A DNA stretch of 64,000 bases from Clostridiales bacterium (GTDB lineage Bacteria > Bacillota > Clostridia > Caldicoprobacterales > DTU083), in contig DURK01000123.1 of NCBI GenBank assembly GCA_012837325.1, positions 1,662 through 65,661 on the forward strand. The letters are read 5' to 3'. The notes beneath the pieces were generated by a model, which did not search any database, was not told where the DNA came from, and was given only the letters and a program-made list of their open reading frames with translations. Position numbers and translations under genes: made by a program. This document shows positions 1-8,764 of the stretch, in pieces. Each line of letters opens with the position of its first letter. Position 1 is the stretch's first letter.

Positions 1-1
1 G

Positions 2-190
2 GATCAGGTAATGGTTGATATCACGCACATTCCTGAGGCATCAGTAGGAGACCCAGTTGTACTGATGGGTGAGCAGGGAACGGAAAAAATAACAGCAGAT
101 GAGCTGGCGGATTTATGTGGAACCATCTCCTATGAAATACTTACTTCTATCAGCGAACGTGTTCCTCGCATTTATTTGGATGAAGGCTGA
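2..190 (+). CDS. alr: alanine racemase, C-terminal fragment (5' end outside window)
   Basis: Open frame from the window edge to TGA at 188-190. The translation ...DELADLCGTISYEILTSISERVPRIYLDEG resembles the conserved Alr C-terminus. Confidence 0.6.
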   Translation, partial: DQVMVDITHIPEASVGDPVVLMGEQGTEKITADELADLCGTISYEILTSISERVPRIYLDEG

Positions 191-204
191 AAGGGGAACG
201 AATT

Positions 205-783
205 TTGCATAAAGAGCAGCTGAGAAAGCAAATGATGTCAGAACGGGATCGCATCAGCATAAGAGAAAGAGAAATAAGAAGCAGGCGGATTGAATCTCAA
301 TTGATAGGTTTACAGGCATATCAGAATGCAGAGATCATTTTCGTCTACGTTAGTTTTCGCAGTGAGGTGGATACAAAGAGCTTTATAAGAAAGGCAAATG
401 AGGATGGCAAGCGTATTGCTGTACCTGTTTCGATACCCAATGGAAAGATATTGCTGCCCTGTGAAATTTCAGGGCTGGATGACCTGGTGCCAGGGACCTG
501 GGGTATTCTTGAACCTGATAAAGATAGGCAAAGGTTAGTAGACAGCAGGAAGATCGATCTGGCAGTTGTGCCGGGCCTGGCCTTCGACCACTTTTTTCAG
601 CGATTGGGGTATGGGGCTGGTTATTACGACCGCTTTCTTCCTTCTTTAAGGGAAGATGCTGTGAAATTGGGAATCGGATACGACTTTCAGCTTATTGACC
701 GATTGCCTGTGGAGAAGTACGATATCCCTCTGGATGGCATTTTAACGGATATCAGGCTACTAGTCAGAGATGGAGTTGACTAG
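205..783 (+). CDS. 5-formyltetrahydrofolate cyclo-ligase (MTHFS family)
   Basis: 192-aa ORF with a TTG start about 8 nt after AAGGGG. Carries the family-typical C-terminal motif GYGAGYYDRFL. Confidence 0.8.
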   Translation: MHKEQLRKQMMSERDRISIREREIRSRRIESQLIGLQAYQNAEIIFVYVSFRSEVDTKSFIRKANEDGKRIAVPVSIPNGKILLPCEISGLDDLVPGTWGILEPDKDRQRLVDSRKIDLAVVPGLAFDHFFQRLGYGAGYYDRFLPSLREDAVKLGIGYDFQLIDRLPVEKYDIPLDGILTDIRLLVRDGVD

Positions 784-839
784 TTTATCATTTTTTGTTT
801 TGAAGAAAGCAAGCTGAATTTGTAAAGGATGAGTACTTG

Positions 840-1361
840 ATGAGATATGAGAAGTTAGCTTTGAAGTTTTTTGGAAGTCATGCCTTGGTGACAATATTAC
901 AATTGTTATTATCCGGTTTTCTTTTTGGGATCTTCCCTGACAGTCAGTTTTATCAATGGTTAATTGGATTGCTTAATATAATCATATTTTGCGTGGTCAT
1001 CTATGCGGATGCGTCTTCTTACGGTCAGAATGACTTAAAAAGAGGTACCTTTCGTAAAAGTAAAGGATTTTTGTCCGGTTTCATTGCATCCATACCCGGA
1101 TTGATTTTATATATTCTTGCTGTTAGTATGCCTTCGGTTGCTTGGTTTACGGTAATTTTGCGTATTTGGCTCATCCCATTCGTCAAACTGATTGTTACCT
1201 TTGAAAAATACTCACCAGACATATTAATCGTTTTTCTAGCTCTCTTCCCCCTTATCACTGGTTTCAGTTATCTGGACGGCATACGAAGACGGGAGAAGGT
1301 AAAAAAGGCAATCGAAAAGAAAGAAGCTATGAGGGTAGAACTATCCAAAAGGAACAGCTAG
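840..1361 (+). CDS. polytopic membrane protein, unknown function
   Basis: About 173-aa ORF with several hydrophobic helices. ATG at 840 (TTG at 837 also possible) follows AAAGGA. An intrinsic terminator follows the gene. Confidence 0.55.
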   Translation: MRYEKLALKFFGSHALVTILQLLLSGFLFGIFPDSQFYQWLIGLLNIIIFCVVIYADASSYGQNDLKRGTFRKSKGFLSGFIASIPGLILYILAVSMPSVAWFTVILRIWLIPFVKLIVTFEKYSPDILIVFLALFPLITGFSYLDGIRRREKVKKAIEKKEAMRVELSKRNS

Positions 1362-1392
1362 AGAATATTGCATGGTATCATTCTTGAATTCT

Positions 1393-1417
1393 AAGCACCA
1401 TAAGGTGCTTTTTTTAT
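1393..1417 (+). terminator. rho-independent terminator
   Basis: AAGCACC-ataa-GGTGCTT hairpin followed by TTTTTT. Confidence 0.7.
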
Positions 1418-1421
1418 TGGT

Positions 1422-1449
1422 TTGAACCTTTTGCATTCTACAGTATAAA
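1422..1449 (+). promoter_or_regulatory. possible sigma-A promoter for the cyanophycin genes
   Basis: TTGAAC, 16-nt spacer, TATAAA, about 50 nt upstream of the cphB start. Confidence 0.3.
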
Positions 1450-1500
1450 ACGATTGGTTGTCTGGAAGAATATATGTATTGGTGAAAATGGAGGAACAAA

Positions 1501-2322
1501 ATGAGGGAGCAAAAACAGGGTGTTTTGGTCATAATCGGCGGAGCTGAGGATAAGAAGAACAATTGTACCATCCTCAATAAGACAGCGGAGCTTGCTGGAG
1601 GAAAGGATGGAAAAGTGGTTGTTCTTACGGTAGCAACTGAATATCCTTCTCAGGTTGGAAAGGAATATAAATATCTGTTCAATCAGTTGGGCATGAGCAA
1701 TATAGATGCACTGCATATAGAAACCAGAGAGGAATCCAATGATGAAGAGAAACAACAGCGGTTACGAGAAGCAAGCTGCGTGTTCTTTACAGGCGGGGAT
1801 CAGTTGAAGATTACCAGTCTGATTGGTGGAACCGCAATAGAACGGCTTTTGAAAGATGCATTCTCCATGGGTTTAATCATAGCGGGCACCAGTGCTGGAG
1901 CTTCGGTGATGAGTGAAACGATGATTACATCAGGTCTTGAAGATGACGCTCCCAAGAAATGCACCGTCAAAATGGCTCCAGGGCTTGGCCTGATTCAAGG
2001 TGTGGTCATTGACCAGCATTTTGCACAACGAGGTCGAATTGGAAGACTTCTGGCTGCAATAGCCCAAAACCCCGCCGTCATGGGAATCGGCTTGGATGAG
2101 GATACGGCGATTGTTGTGAAACCCAACAACACCTTTGAAGTTATCGGCTCGAATGCAGTTACAATTTTAGATGGCATGAACAGCAGCTATTCAAACGTAT
2201 CTGAGTCTAAACCGGATGATATTTTAGCAATGACGGATATTACATTGCATATTCTCCCGCAAAATTTTGAATTCGACTTAACCACCCGTTCACCAATTCT
2301 AAGGAGGTTTATAGATTGCTGA
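1501..2322 (+). CDS. cphB: cyanophycinase (peptidase S51), intracellular type
   Basis: 273 aa with GGAGGA RBS. N-terminal VLVIIGGAEDK and GTSAGAS serine motif are typical of cyanophycinase. No signal peptide. Directly coupled to cphA. Confidence 0.85.
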   Translation: MREQKQGVLVIIGGAEDKKNNCTILNKTAELAGGKDGKVVVLTVATEYPSQVGKEYKYLFNQLGMSNIDALHIETREESNDEEKQQRLREASCVFFTGGDQLKITSLIGGTAIERLLKDAFSMGLIIAGTSAGASVMSETMITSGLEDDAPKKCTVKMAPGLGLIQGVVIDQHFAQRGRIGRLLAAIAQNPAVMGIGLDEDTAIVVKPNNTFEVIGSNAVTILDGMNSSYSNVSESKPDDILAMTDITLHILPQNFEFDLTTRSPILRRFIDC

Positions 2323-4970
2323 TACGCGAGTTGAAAGCATACAATTCCAGAAATATATATAGTCATCAAAAAGTCATTAAAATGATCGTTGATTTGGAGA
2401 AATGGGACAATATTCCCACTAATCAGATTCCAAAATTCAACCAGAGACTGCTGGAATTGCTCCCTGGCCTTGCTGCTCATTATTGCTCGCTTGGTTATGA
2501 AGGAGGCTTCAAAAGACGTTTGGACGAAGGTACCTATCTAGCCCATGTAATCGAGCATAGTGCGCTCGAGATATTAAACCAGGTCGGTCAACCTGTATCC
2601 TTTGGTCAGGCACGAAGAATAAAAAATACAAGCTGTTATACCATTGTCTTTGCCCAACGTGAAGAGCACGCCGGTTTGGAAGCTGGCAAAACAGCAGTTC
2701 AAATGGTAAAAGCTATTACCACTGATACGACTTTTGACATAACAGAAAGATTAAATCGTATCCAAGAGCTGTCATGGAAATTTGGATTGGGACCTAGTAC
2801 CAGGGCTATTGCAGATGCTGCGTTGGATAGGGGCATCCCTGTCACCAGAATTGGGAAAGGAAGCATCATACAGTTGGGATATGGGAAATATCACAAAAAG
2901 ATAGAAGGAACACTGACAGACAATACCAGTTGTATCTCTGTGGATATGGCCTGTGACAAGACGGTTACCAAAGAACTTCTAGAACAGGCTGGAATTCCGG
3001 TTCCTAAGGGAGGAGTATGCAGAACGATTAAAGAAGCAATTCAGACAGCCGAAGAAATTGGCTACCCAGTGGTATTGAAACCTGTTAACGGAAATCAGGG
3101 AAAAGGTGTATCCTTAAATATCCAATGTCCTGAAGAAATTCCAGAAGCATTCCGTATCGCTGCGGCTTTTTCTGAAAACATACTGGTAGAAGAATACATA
3201 AATGGAAACGACTATCGTATTCTCGTTGTAGGCAATCAGGTAAGCGCTGTATCTCTTCGGATACCAGCTAATGTGATTGGTGACGGCAGGCATACGATTG
3301 CTCAATTGGTTGAGTTAAAAAATAAGGATGAACGTCGCGGAGAAGACCATGAAAGGCCGCTTACTAAAATTAAATTAGATGAAATAAGTATGGCTATACT
3401 GAAAAAACAAGGATACTTACCGGACAGCATCCCCAAAAAAGGGATCAGGGTATACCTCAAAATGAGTGGAAACCTCAGCACCGGTGGAGAAGCGGTTGAT
3501 TACACTGACAGAATTCATCCTGACAATCAACAAATTGCTATTCGTGCAGCCAAAATTATTGGTTTGGACATTGCAGGAATTGATATCAAATGTAAGAATA
3601 TTGATAAACCGCTGACTTTGGGTCAAGGCGCAGTAATAGAAGTAAACGCATCACCTGGCATCCGAATGCATTTATATCCCTCAAAGGGGAAGGTCAGAAA
3701 GGTTGGAAATGCGATTGTAGATATGCTATTTCCTTATGGAAGCAAACATTCCGTTCCCATTGTATCTGTAACAGGAACCAATGGAAAAACCACTACCACC
3801 AGAATGATATCCCATATATTAAAGACAAGGGGAATGAGAGTGGGAATGACAACAACCGACGGGATTTATATAGATGACAATTGTATAATGAAGGGGGATA
3901 CAACTGGACCAGCCAGTGCAAAAATGCTGTTAACAGATAAATCAATCGATGTTGCTGTACTGGAAACAGCAAGAGGTGGAATTATCCGTTCAGGCTTAGG
4001 GTATGATTTGGCAGATATAGGTGTCCTGACGAATATCAGTGAAGATCATATAGGTTTGGATGGAGTGAATAGTCTTGAGGATATGCTTCATGTAAAATCT
4101 CTTGTTATAGAAGCAGTAAAAAGCAATGGTCATGTGGTGTTAAATGCAGACGATCAAATGGTAGTACAAGCAGCAGGTCATAGCAAAGCCAGCATCATCT
4201 ATTTCTCTCTCCAAGAAGATAATCTAATTGTTCACAAGCATATATCAGATGGCGGAATTGCAGTATTTCTGAAAGATAATTATATTACTTTGGCAACGGG
4301 CAATGGTCTTTTAAAAAGCTTGTCAATTATACAGGTACCTTCTGTGTATGGGGGAAAATTAAAATATAATATCGAAAATTGTCTGGCTGCTTTCAGCGCT
4401 GCCTATGCTTTGAACATCCCCCTTCAAATAATTGAACGCGCATTAACCTCATTCTATTGTAATGAGATCCATAATCCAGGCAGGTTTAATATTTTCAATA
4501 TTCGAGATTTTCGAGTCGTAGTTGATTATGGCCACAACCTGGCAGGTTATGCCAGTATAACCGAAGCAGTGAAAAAAATGGGAGGATCCCGTTTAATCGG
4601 AATCATCGGCGCACCAGGAGATCGAAGCGACTCGTCAATTCATTCTATGGGCAAAATTGCAGGAAAATCATTCCATCAAATTATCATAAAAGAGGATAGG
4701 GTTCTTAGAGGGCGACAAGCAGGTGAGGTATCACATCTCTTAATGAAGGGAGTCCTTTCAAGCGGCCTGCCCAAGCATGCAGTAACGATGATCCGAAATG
4801 AAGACGAAGCATTACGTGCTGCGATTCAAAATGCCGCAGCAGGCGATATTATCGTTGTGTTCTATGAAGATCTTGAATGCATAATGAATATAATCAACCA
4901 GGAAACTACAAAAATAGAAAAGCAAAACCAGAAAGAAGTTTCATCTGACTTTATGCTAGCAAAGGCATAA
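2316..4970 (+). CDS. cphA: cyanophycin synthetase
   Basis: 884 aa with a TTG start 8 nt after AAGGAGG, overlapping the cphB stop. Has an ATP-grasp middle region and a Mur-ligase-like C-terminal half with the GTNGKTTT P-loop. Confidence 0.9.
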   Translation: MLIRELKAYNSRNIYSHQKVIKMIVDLEKWDNIPTNQIPKFNQRLLELLPGLAAHYCSLGYEGGFKRRLDEGTYLAHVIEHSALEILNQVGQPVSFGQARRIKNTSCYTIVFAQREEHAGLEAGKTAVQMVKAITTDTTFDITERLNRIQELSWKFGLGPSTRAIADAALDRGIPVTRIGKGSIIQLGYGKYHKKIEGTLTDNTSCISVDMACDKTVTKELLEQAGIPVPKGGVCRTIKEAIQTAEEIGYPVVLKPVNGNQGKGVSLNIQCPEEIPEAFRIAAAFSENILVEEYINGNDYRILVVGNQVSAVSLRIPANVIGDGRHTIAQLVELKNKDERRGEDHERPLTKIKLDEISMAILKKQGYLPDSIPKKGIRVYLKMSGNLSTGGEAVDYTDRIHPDNQQIAIRAAKIIGLDIAGIDIKCKNIDKPLTLGQGAVIEVNASPGIRMHLYPSKGKVRKVGNAIVDMLFPYGSKHSVPIVSVTGTNGKTTTTRMISHILKTRGMRVGMTTTDGIYIDDNCIMKGDTTGPASAKMLLTDKSIDVAVLETARGGIIRSGLGYDLADIGVLTNISEDHIGLDGVNSLEDMLHVKSLVIEAVKSNGHVVLNADDQMVVQAAGHSKASIIYFSLQEDNLIVHKHISDGGIAVFLKDNYITLATGNGLLKSLSIIQVPSVYGGKLKYNIENCLAAFSAAYALNIPLQIIERALTSFYCNEIHNPGRFNIFNIRDFRVVVDYGHNLAGYASITEAVKKMGGSRLIGIIGAPGDRSDSSIHSMGKIAGKSFHQIIIKEDRVLRGRQAGEVSHLLMKGVLSSGLPKHAVTMIRNEDEALRAAIQNAAAGDIIVVFYEDLECIMNIINQETTKIEKQNQKEVSSDFMLAKA

Positions 4971-5027
4971 AGCAGGATATATTCGGATATTTTTGCATTT
5001 ACATTGATGTTTTACACCATAAAAAAA

Positions 5028-5036
5028 TGTTATAAT
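5028..5036 (+). promoter_or_regulatory. possible extended -10 element (TGTTATAAT)
   Basis: TGnTATAAT lies about 30 nt upstream of the GTG at 5066. No good -35 element and no terminator after cphA. Confidence 0.3.
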
Positions 5037-5065
5037 ATTGTGGAGCATCATTAGGAGGTATTTTT

Positions 5066-5980
5066 GTGATCATATTCAAGGATATCCAACTGGATGATAA
5101 ACCACTTTTCGACCGTTATTTTTCTGCCAAACCTTACGAAAACTCCGAGTTCAGTTTTACCAACCTTTTTATCTGGCGATTATCCTATCATTTTCAGTTT
5201 GCGGTTATTCATGATCACCTGTGCATAATGGCATTATATCGAAACCAGTATCCCTGCATCTTTGCTCCGCTTAGTTTGAATACTCCCAGTTATGAAAAGG
5301 TCTTACCTGTTTTAGCCAGAACCTTCCATGAAAAAGGCTATCCTTTGGTTTTAAAATCTGTTCCCGAGCAACAGAAAGATGAAATACAAAAAGCATTACC
5401 AGGCAGGATACTCTTTCGAGAGGATCGTAACAACTTTGATTATGTGTACTTGTCAAGTGATCTAATCAAGTTGAAAGGCAAAAAATTCCGACAAAAACGT
5501 AATCATCTCAACAGGTTCCTAAAAAACTATGTGTTTCAATATGAGGAAATGTCTGACCATAACCTGGAGGAATGTTTGAAAACAGAACTGAATTGGTTAT
5601 CAAAGCAAGGCGATGGGGAAGATGAGAGTATTCTGGAAGAGAAGCAGGCAATAGGAGAAGCCATAAACCATTTTCATGAACTGAAGTTAACCGGCGGGGT
5701 TATTCGGATAAATAATAAGGTGATCGCTTTTGCTTTGGGTGAACTTTTGAATCCTGATATGGCTGTCATACATATTGAGAAAGCCAATATTGATTATAAG
5801 GGCTCCTTTAATATGATCAACCATATGTTTGCTCATCATGCCTGGTCCCATGTTACCTATATTAACCGCGAAGAGGATATGGGTATTCTCGGATTGCGAA
5901 AGGCAAAGGAATCTTACAATCCGATAAAAATGGTGAAGAAGCACACTGGATTTTATTTAGAAGAAGGTGTTTTGTTGTGA
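5066..5980 (+). CDS. DUF2156 protein (stand-alone homologue of the MprF lysyl-PG synthase C-terminal domain)
   Basis: 304 aa with a GTG start 7 nt after TAGGAGG. Motifs FSFTNLFIWR and KRNHLNRF are as I recall for DUF2156/LPG_synthase_C. No transmembrane region. Confidence 0.6.
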   Translation: MIIFKDIQLDDKPLFDRYFSAKPYENSEFSFTNLFIWRLSYHFQFAVIHDHLCIMALYRNQYPCIFAPLSLNTPSYEKVLPVLARTFHEKGYPLVLKSVPEQQKDEIQKALPGRILFREDRNNFDYVYLSSDLIKLKGKKFRQKRNHLNRFLKNYVFQYEEMSDHNLEECLKTELNWLSKQGDGEDESILEEKQAIGEAINHFHELKLTGGVIRINNKVIAFALGELLNPDMAVIHIEKANIDYKGSFNMINHMFAHHAWSHVTYINREEDMGILGLRKAKESYNPIKMVKKHTGFYLEEGVLL

Positions 5981-7155
5981 TCCGATTGGCTGAAGTTCAG
6001 GATACTTCACAAATAAAAGACCTATGGAGTTATTGCTTTGATGATACGCCCAAGTTTATTGATTTCTTTTTTCAGTCATGTTACCAGCCGGAGAACACTC
6101 TGGTTGTGGTGGAAGATGGGAAAATTCAATCCTGTCTTCAGCTTCTTCCTTATCGCATGATGCTGCGTGAGAGGGAAGTATCTGTACCATATATCGTCGG
6201 TGTGTCTACCTGGCCGGAATTTAGAGGGCAGGGAATGGTCAGGCAGCTGCTTCAGTTTGCTCATGAAATACTTCAGGAAAGGAATATACACCTATCCATA
6301 TTGCTGCCGTTTCAATATGATTTCTATCGAAAGTATGGCTGGGAAATCTGTTATGATTTCTTAAGATACCGAGGGGTGAAGTATCCATCGCATCTTTCCT
6401 TAAGGTACTCCACAGAAAGTAAGCACCCTCACAGAAGGTTTAAGAAAATTGATCTTAATCGCGATATAGAGAAGCTTTCAGTATGTTATGATAAATATAT
6501 GAAGCGTTTTCATGGTTATATTATTCGAAACAGAAAGGAATGGATCAAGGTAATACGTGACGTGGAATTAGATCAAGGTGTATGTTATCTATACGAAGAA
6601 GAGAAAAATCCTCTTGGTTATATTCTGTATACAATGCAAGCAAGAAATCTGGTTATTAGCGAGTTGGTATATACAACAGTACAAGCAAAGTTTGCTTTAT
6701 TAGAGCTTGCATTGTCACATACAGGTCAAATCGATCAAATCGATCGCAAAGCACCTTCCTGTGATTTGGATTATTTATATATGAAGGACTCCAGGGGAAA
6801 GCTGGAAAAGGAAACCTTCGTGATGGGTCGAATCCATAATATCATTGGTGCTCTTTCTGGATTGCCTTATTTGGGAGAGTGCTTCATTATACAGGTGGAG
6901 GATTGTTTTTATAAAAATAACAATGGAAGATTTCTCATAGACCAAAAAGACGGAATGACTTTTGTCGTAAAAACCAATCAAAAACCACATGTTATAATGG
7001 ATATCCGAACACTCAATCAATTGTTGTGGGGTTACCTGCAACCGGCAGCAGCTTTAGAAGAGGGGAGGAATATAAACTTACTGGATAAAAAGCAGATAAG
7101 CAATTTAACACAACTTTTTCCAAAAAAGCATAATTATATGACAGAAATTTACTAA
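5977..7155 (+). CDS. Eis-like GNAT N-acetyltransferase with SCP2-like C-terminal domain
   Basis: 392 aa. The GTG start overlaps the upstream stop (GTGA). N-terminal GNAT core (VSTWPEFRGQGMVRQLL) with the length and architecture of the Eis family. Confidence 0.65.
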   Translation: MIRLAEVQDTSQIKDLWSYCFDDTPKFIDFFFQSCYQPENTLVVVEDGKIQSCLQLLPYRMMLREREVSVPYIVGVSTWPEFRGQGMVRQLLQFAHEILQERNIHLSILLPFQYDFYRKYGWEICYDFLRYRGVKYPSHLSLRYSTESKHPHRRFKKIDLNRDIEKLSVCYDKYMKRFHGYIIRNRKEWIKVIRDVELDQGVCYLYEEEKNPLGYILYTMQARNLVISELVYTTVQAKFALLELALSHTGQIDQIDRKAPSCDLDYLYMKDSRGKLEKETFVMGRIHNIIGALSGLPYLGECFIIQVEDCFYKNNNGRFLIDQKDGMTFVVKTNQKPHVIMDIRTLNQLLWGYLQPAAALEEGRNINLLDKKQISNLTQLFPKKHNYMTEIY

Positions 7156-7234
7156 TTCATACATTTATTTAAGAAAATTCAGGACAAATATGGTAAAATA
7201 GCTTATAAGGATAACATTTCATTGGAGGGGTTTT

Positions 7235-8626
7235 ATGAATAAGAAGAAAAGATTACTTCTATTCCTTTTCATTTTGATTTGTATCATTCTTACTCCTGTC
7301 CTGTTTTTATTATTGCGCCAAACCCATCCTAAAAATGCCTTTCTTACCGCTTCCAATCATGAAGAAGTGAATCAGTTCTATTATCGAGCAGTTCCCGGTC
7401 TGCAAATGGCAGAAGAAGCTGGTCTAATTCGAGAAGTGAACATGAATGTTGATTTGCCCGGTCATAATGCTGTCCTTTCCATTGATCGCATCTGGTATAA
7501 TAAGAAACAAGCGATCATCTTCTATCATGTAGAAGGGATAACCCAGGCTGCCTATCTGGGCGGGGAGTTTTACCTGCCATCCAATGAACCTGTTGACAAA
7601 CAACCTTATCATGGCAGCAAATCCATTGGAGGCGATACAGAAAAAGGCATCATTTATCAAGATAGTTTTTACAGTTGCCTGAAACTACCTCCCCTGAAGG
7701 ATCATTCAGGACAAATTTTAACCGAAATCGAAATCCTGACTTTTACACCATATATAAACCTTCCAAAGCAAAGTGAACAGGATCAAATAGATAACATCCG
7801 CTTAAAGTCCATTGATATTGCATTGAATTACCAACAGCAGGAGGAGACAGTAATAAAAATTCCTGTCGATGGTCAAATCGACATAGAGGATAGACTCCTT
7901 CGATTCTATCAGATTGATTTTTCTCCATCAGTTTTAAAGGTTTACTTTCAATACCTGAATAGCGGCAGAGATCAGGTGTACCGGGTTCGGGGTTCCTATA
8001 CCACTGACAAGGGTGAAATTCATACATTTGATGCGTTTCCCAATGCTATCACCGATTACCCATATCACTATATAATGGAAATACCCATGTTTCATATTAA
8101 ACCGGATACGATACAGTTTCAAATCGATTCAATTTCCTGTTTAGGCAATGACAGCGTGTCTTTTCACTTGAATACGAATCAGTTCAGCAAGAGAAATGGA
8201 ACCCATGAAGTCGAAATAGGAAGAAATCGAATAAAGGAGACAGAGATTCTGATAAGTAAAATTACATTAAACAAGCAATATGCAGAGCTATTGATTGCAT
8301 TTGTGCCAAGCGCTGTGGAATCTGATTCGATACCCTATCTAGAGTTGAAACCATTGTTGCCAAACTGGTCAAAAGAAGGTGATCTTTCAAAAGCCAGGGC
8401 TAATTATCTAACGATTCTGGACAGCGATTTTCAGCCGTACGATTTGGATGAATGGTGTTACGGTGCGGATATTCTCCCGGGGGAAGGGTTGCAAATCCGC
8501 CTGGATCGAAAGTTTTGGGAGGAGTCCAAATCAATTTTTATAGAACTGAGCAACCTATCTTATAACTACAATATTAATAAAGCAGTCATTTTAGCTCTGA
8601 CTAAGGAACAAGCGGAACACGAATAA
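7235..8626 (+). CDS. membrane-anchored protein of unknown function
   Basis: 463 aa with a GGAGGGG RBS. Single N-terminal hydrophobic helix (LLLFLFILICIILTPVLFLLL) followed by a large, probably extracytoplasmic domain. Followed by a terminator. Confidence 0.6.
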   Translation: MNKKKRLLLFLFILICIILTPVLFLLLRQTHPKNAFLTASNHEEVNQFYYRAVPGLQMAEEAGLIREVNMNVDLPGHNAVLSIDRIWYNKKQAIIFYHVEGITQAAYLGGEFYLPSNEPVDKQPYHGSKSIGGDTEKGIIYQDSFYSCLKLPPLKDHSGQILTEIEILTFTPYINLPKQSEQDQIDNIRLKSIDIALNYQQQEETVIKIPVDGQIDIEDRLLRFYQIDFSPSVLKVYFQYLNSGRDQVYRVRGSYTTDKGEIHTFDAFPNAITDYPYHYIMEIPMFHIKPDTIQFQIDSISCLGNDSVSFHLNTNQFSKRNGTHEVEIGRNRIKETEILISKITLNKQYAELLIAFVPSAVESDSIPYLELKPLLPNWSKEGDLSKARANYLTILDSDFQPYDLDEWCYGADILPGEGLQIRLDRKFWEESKSIFIELSNLSYNYNINKAVILALTKEQAEHE

Positions 8627-8656
8627 ACTTTCACAACCATATATTTGGTCTGACAG

Positions 8657-8690
8657 GGATATGGGCTGGCATCCATATCCTTTTTCTTTT
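8657..8690 (+). terminator. rho-independent terminator
   Basis: GGATATGG-8 nt-CCATATCC hairpin followed by TTTTTCTTTTT. Confidence 0.65.
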
Positions 8691-8696
8691 TATACA

Positions 8697-8725
8697 GAAT
8701 AATCCTATTAAATTTGAACACTCTA
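8697..8725 (+). promoter_or_regulatory. possible forespore (sigma-G type) promoter of the ger operon
   Basis: GAATA, 17-nt spacer, CACTCTA, compared with the consensus GHATR-17/18-CATXHTA (one mismatch). Lies 40 nt upstream of the gerA-type start. Confidence 0.3.
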
Positions 8726-8764
8726 AAACTAGAATTGGTTGGATGAATTTTTGGGGAGGAAGTT

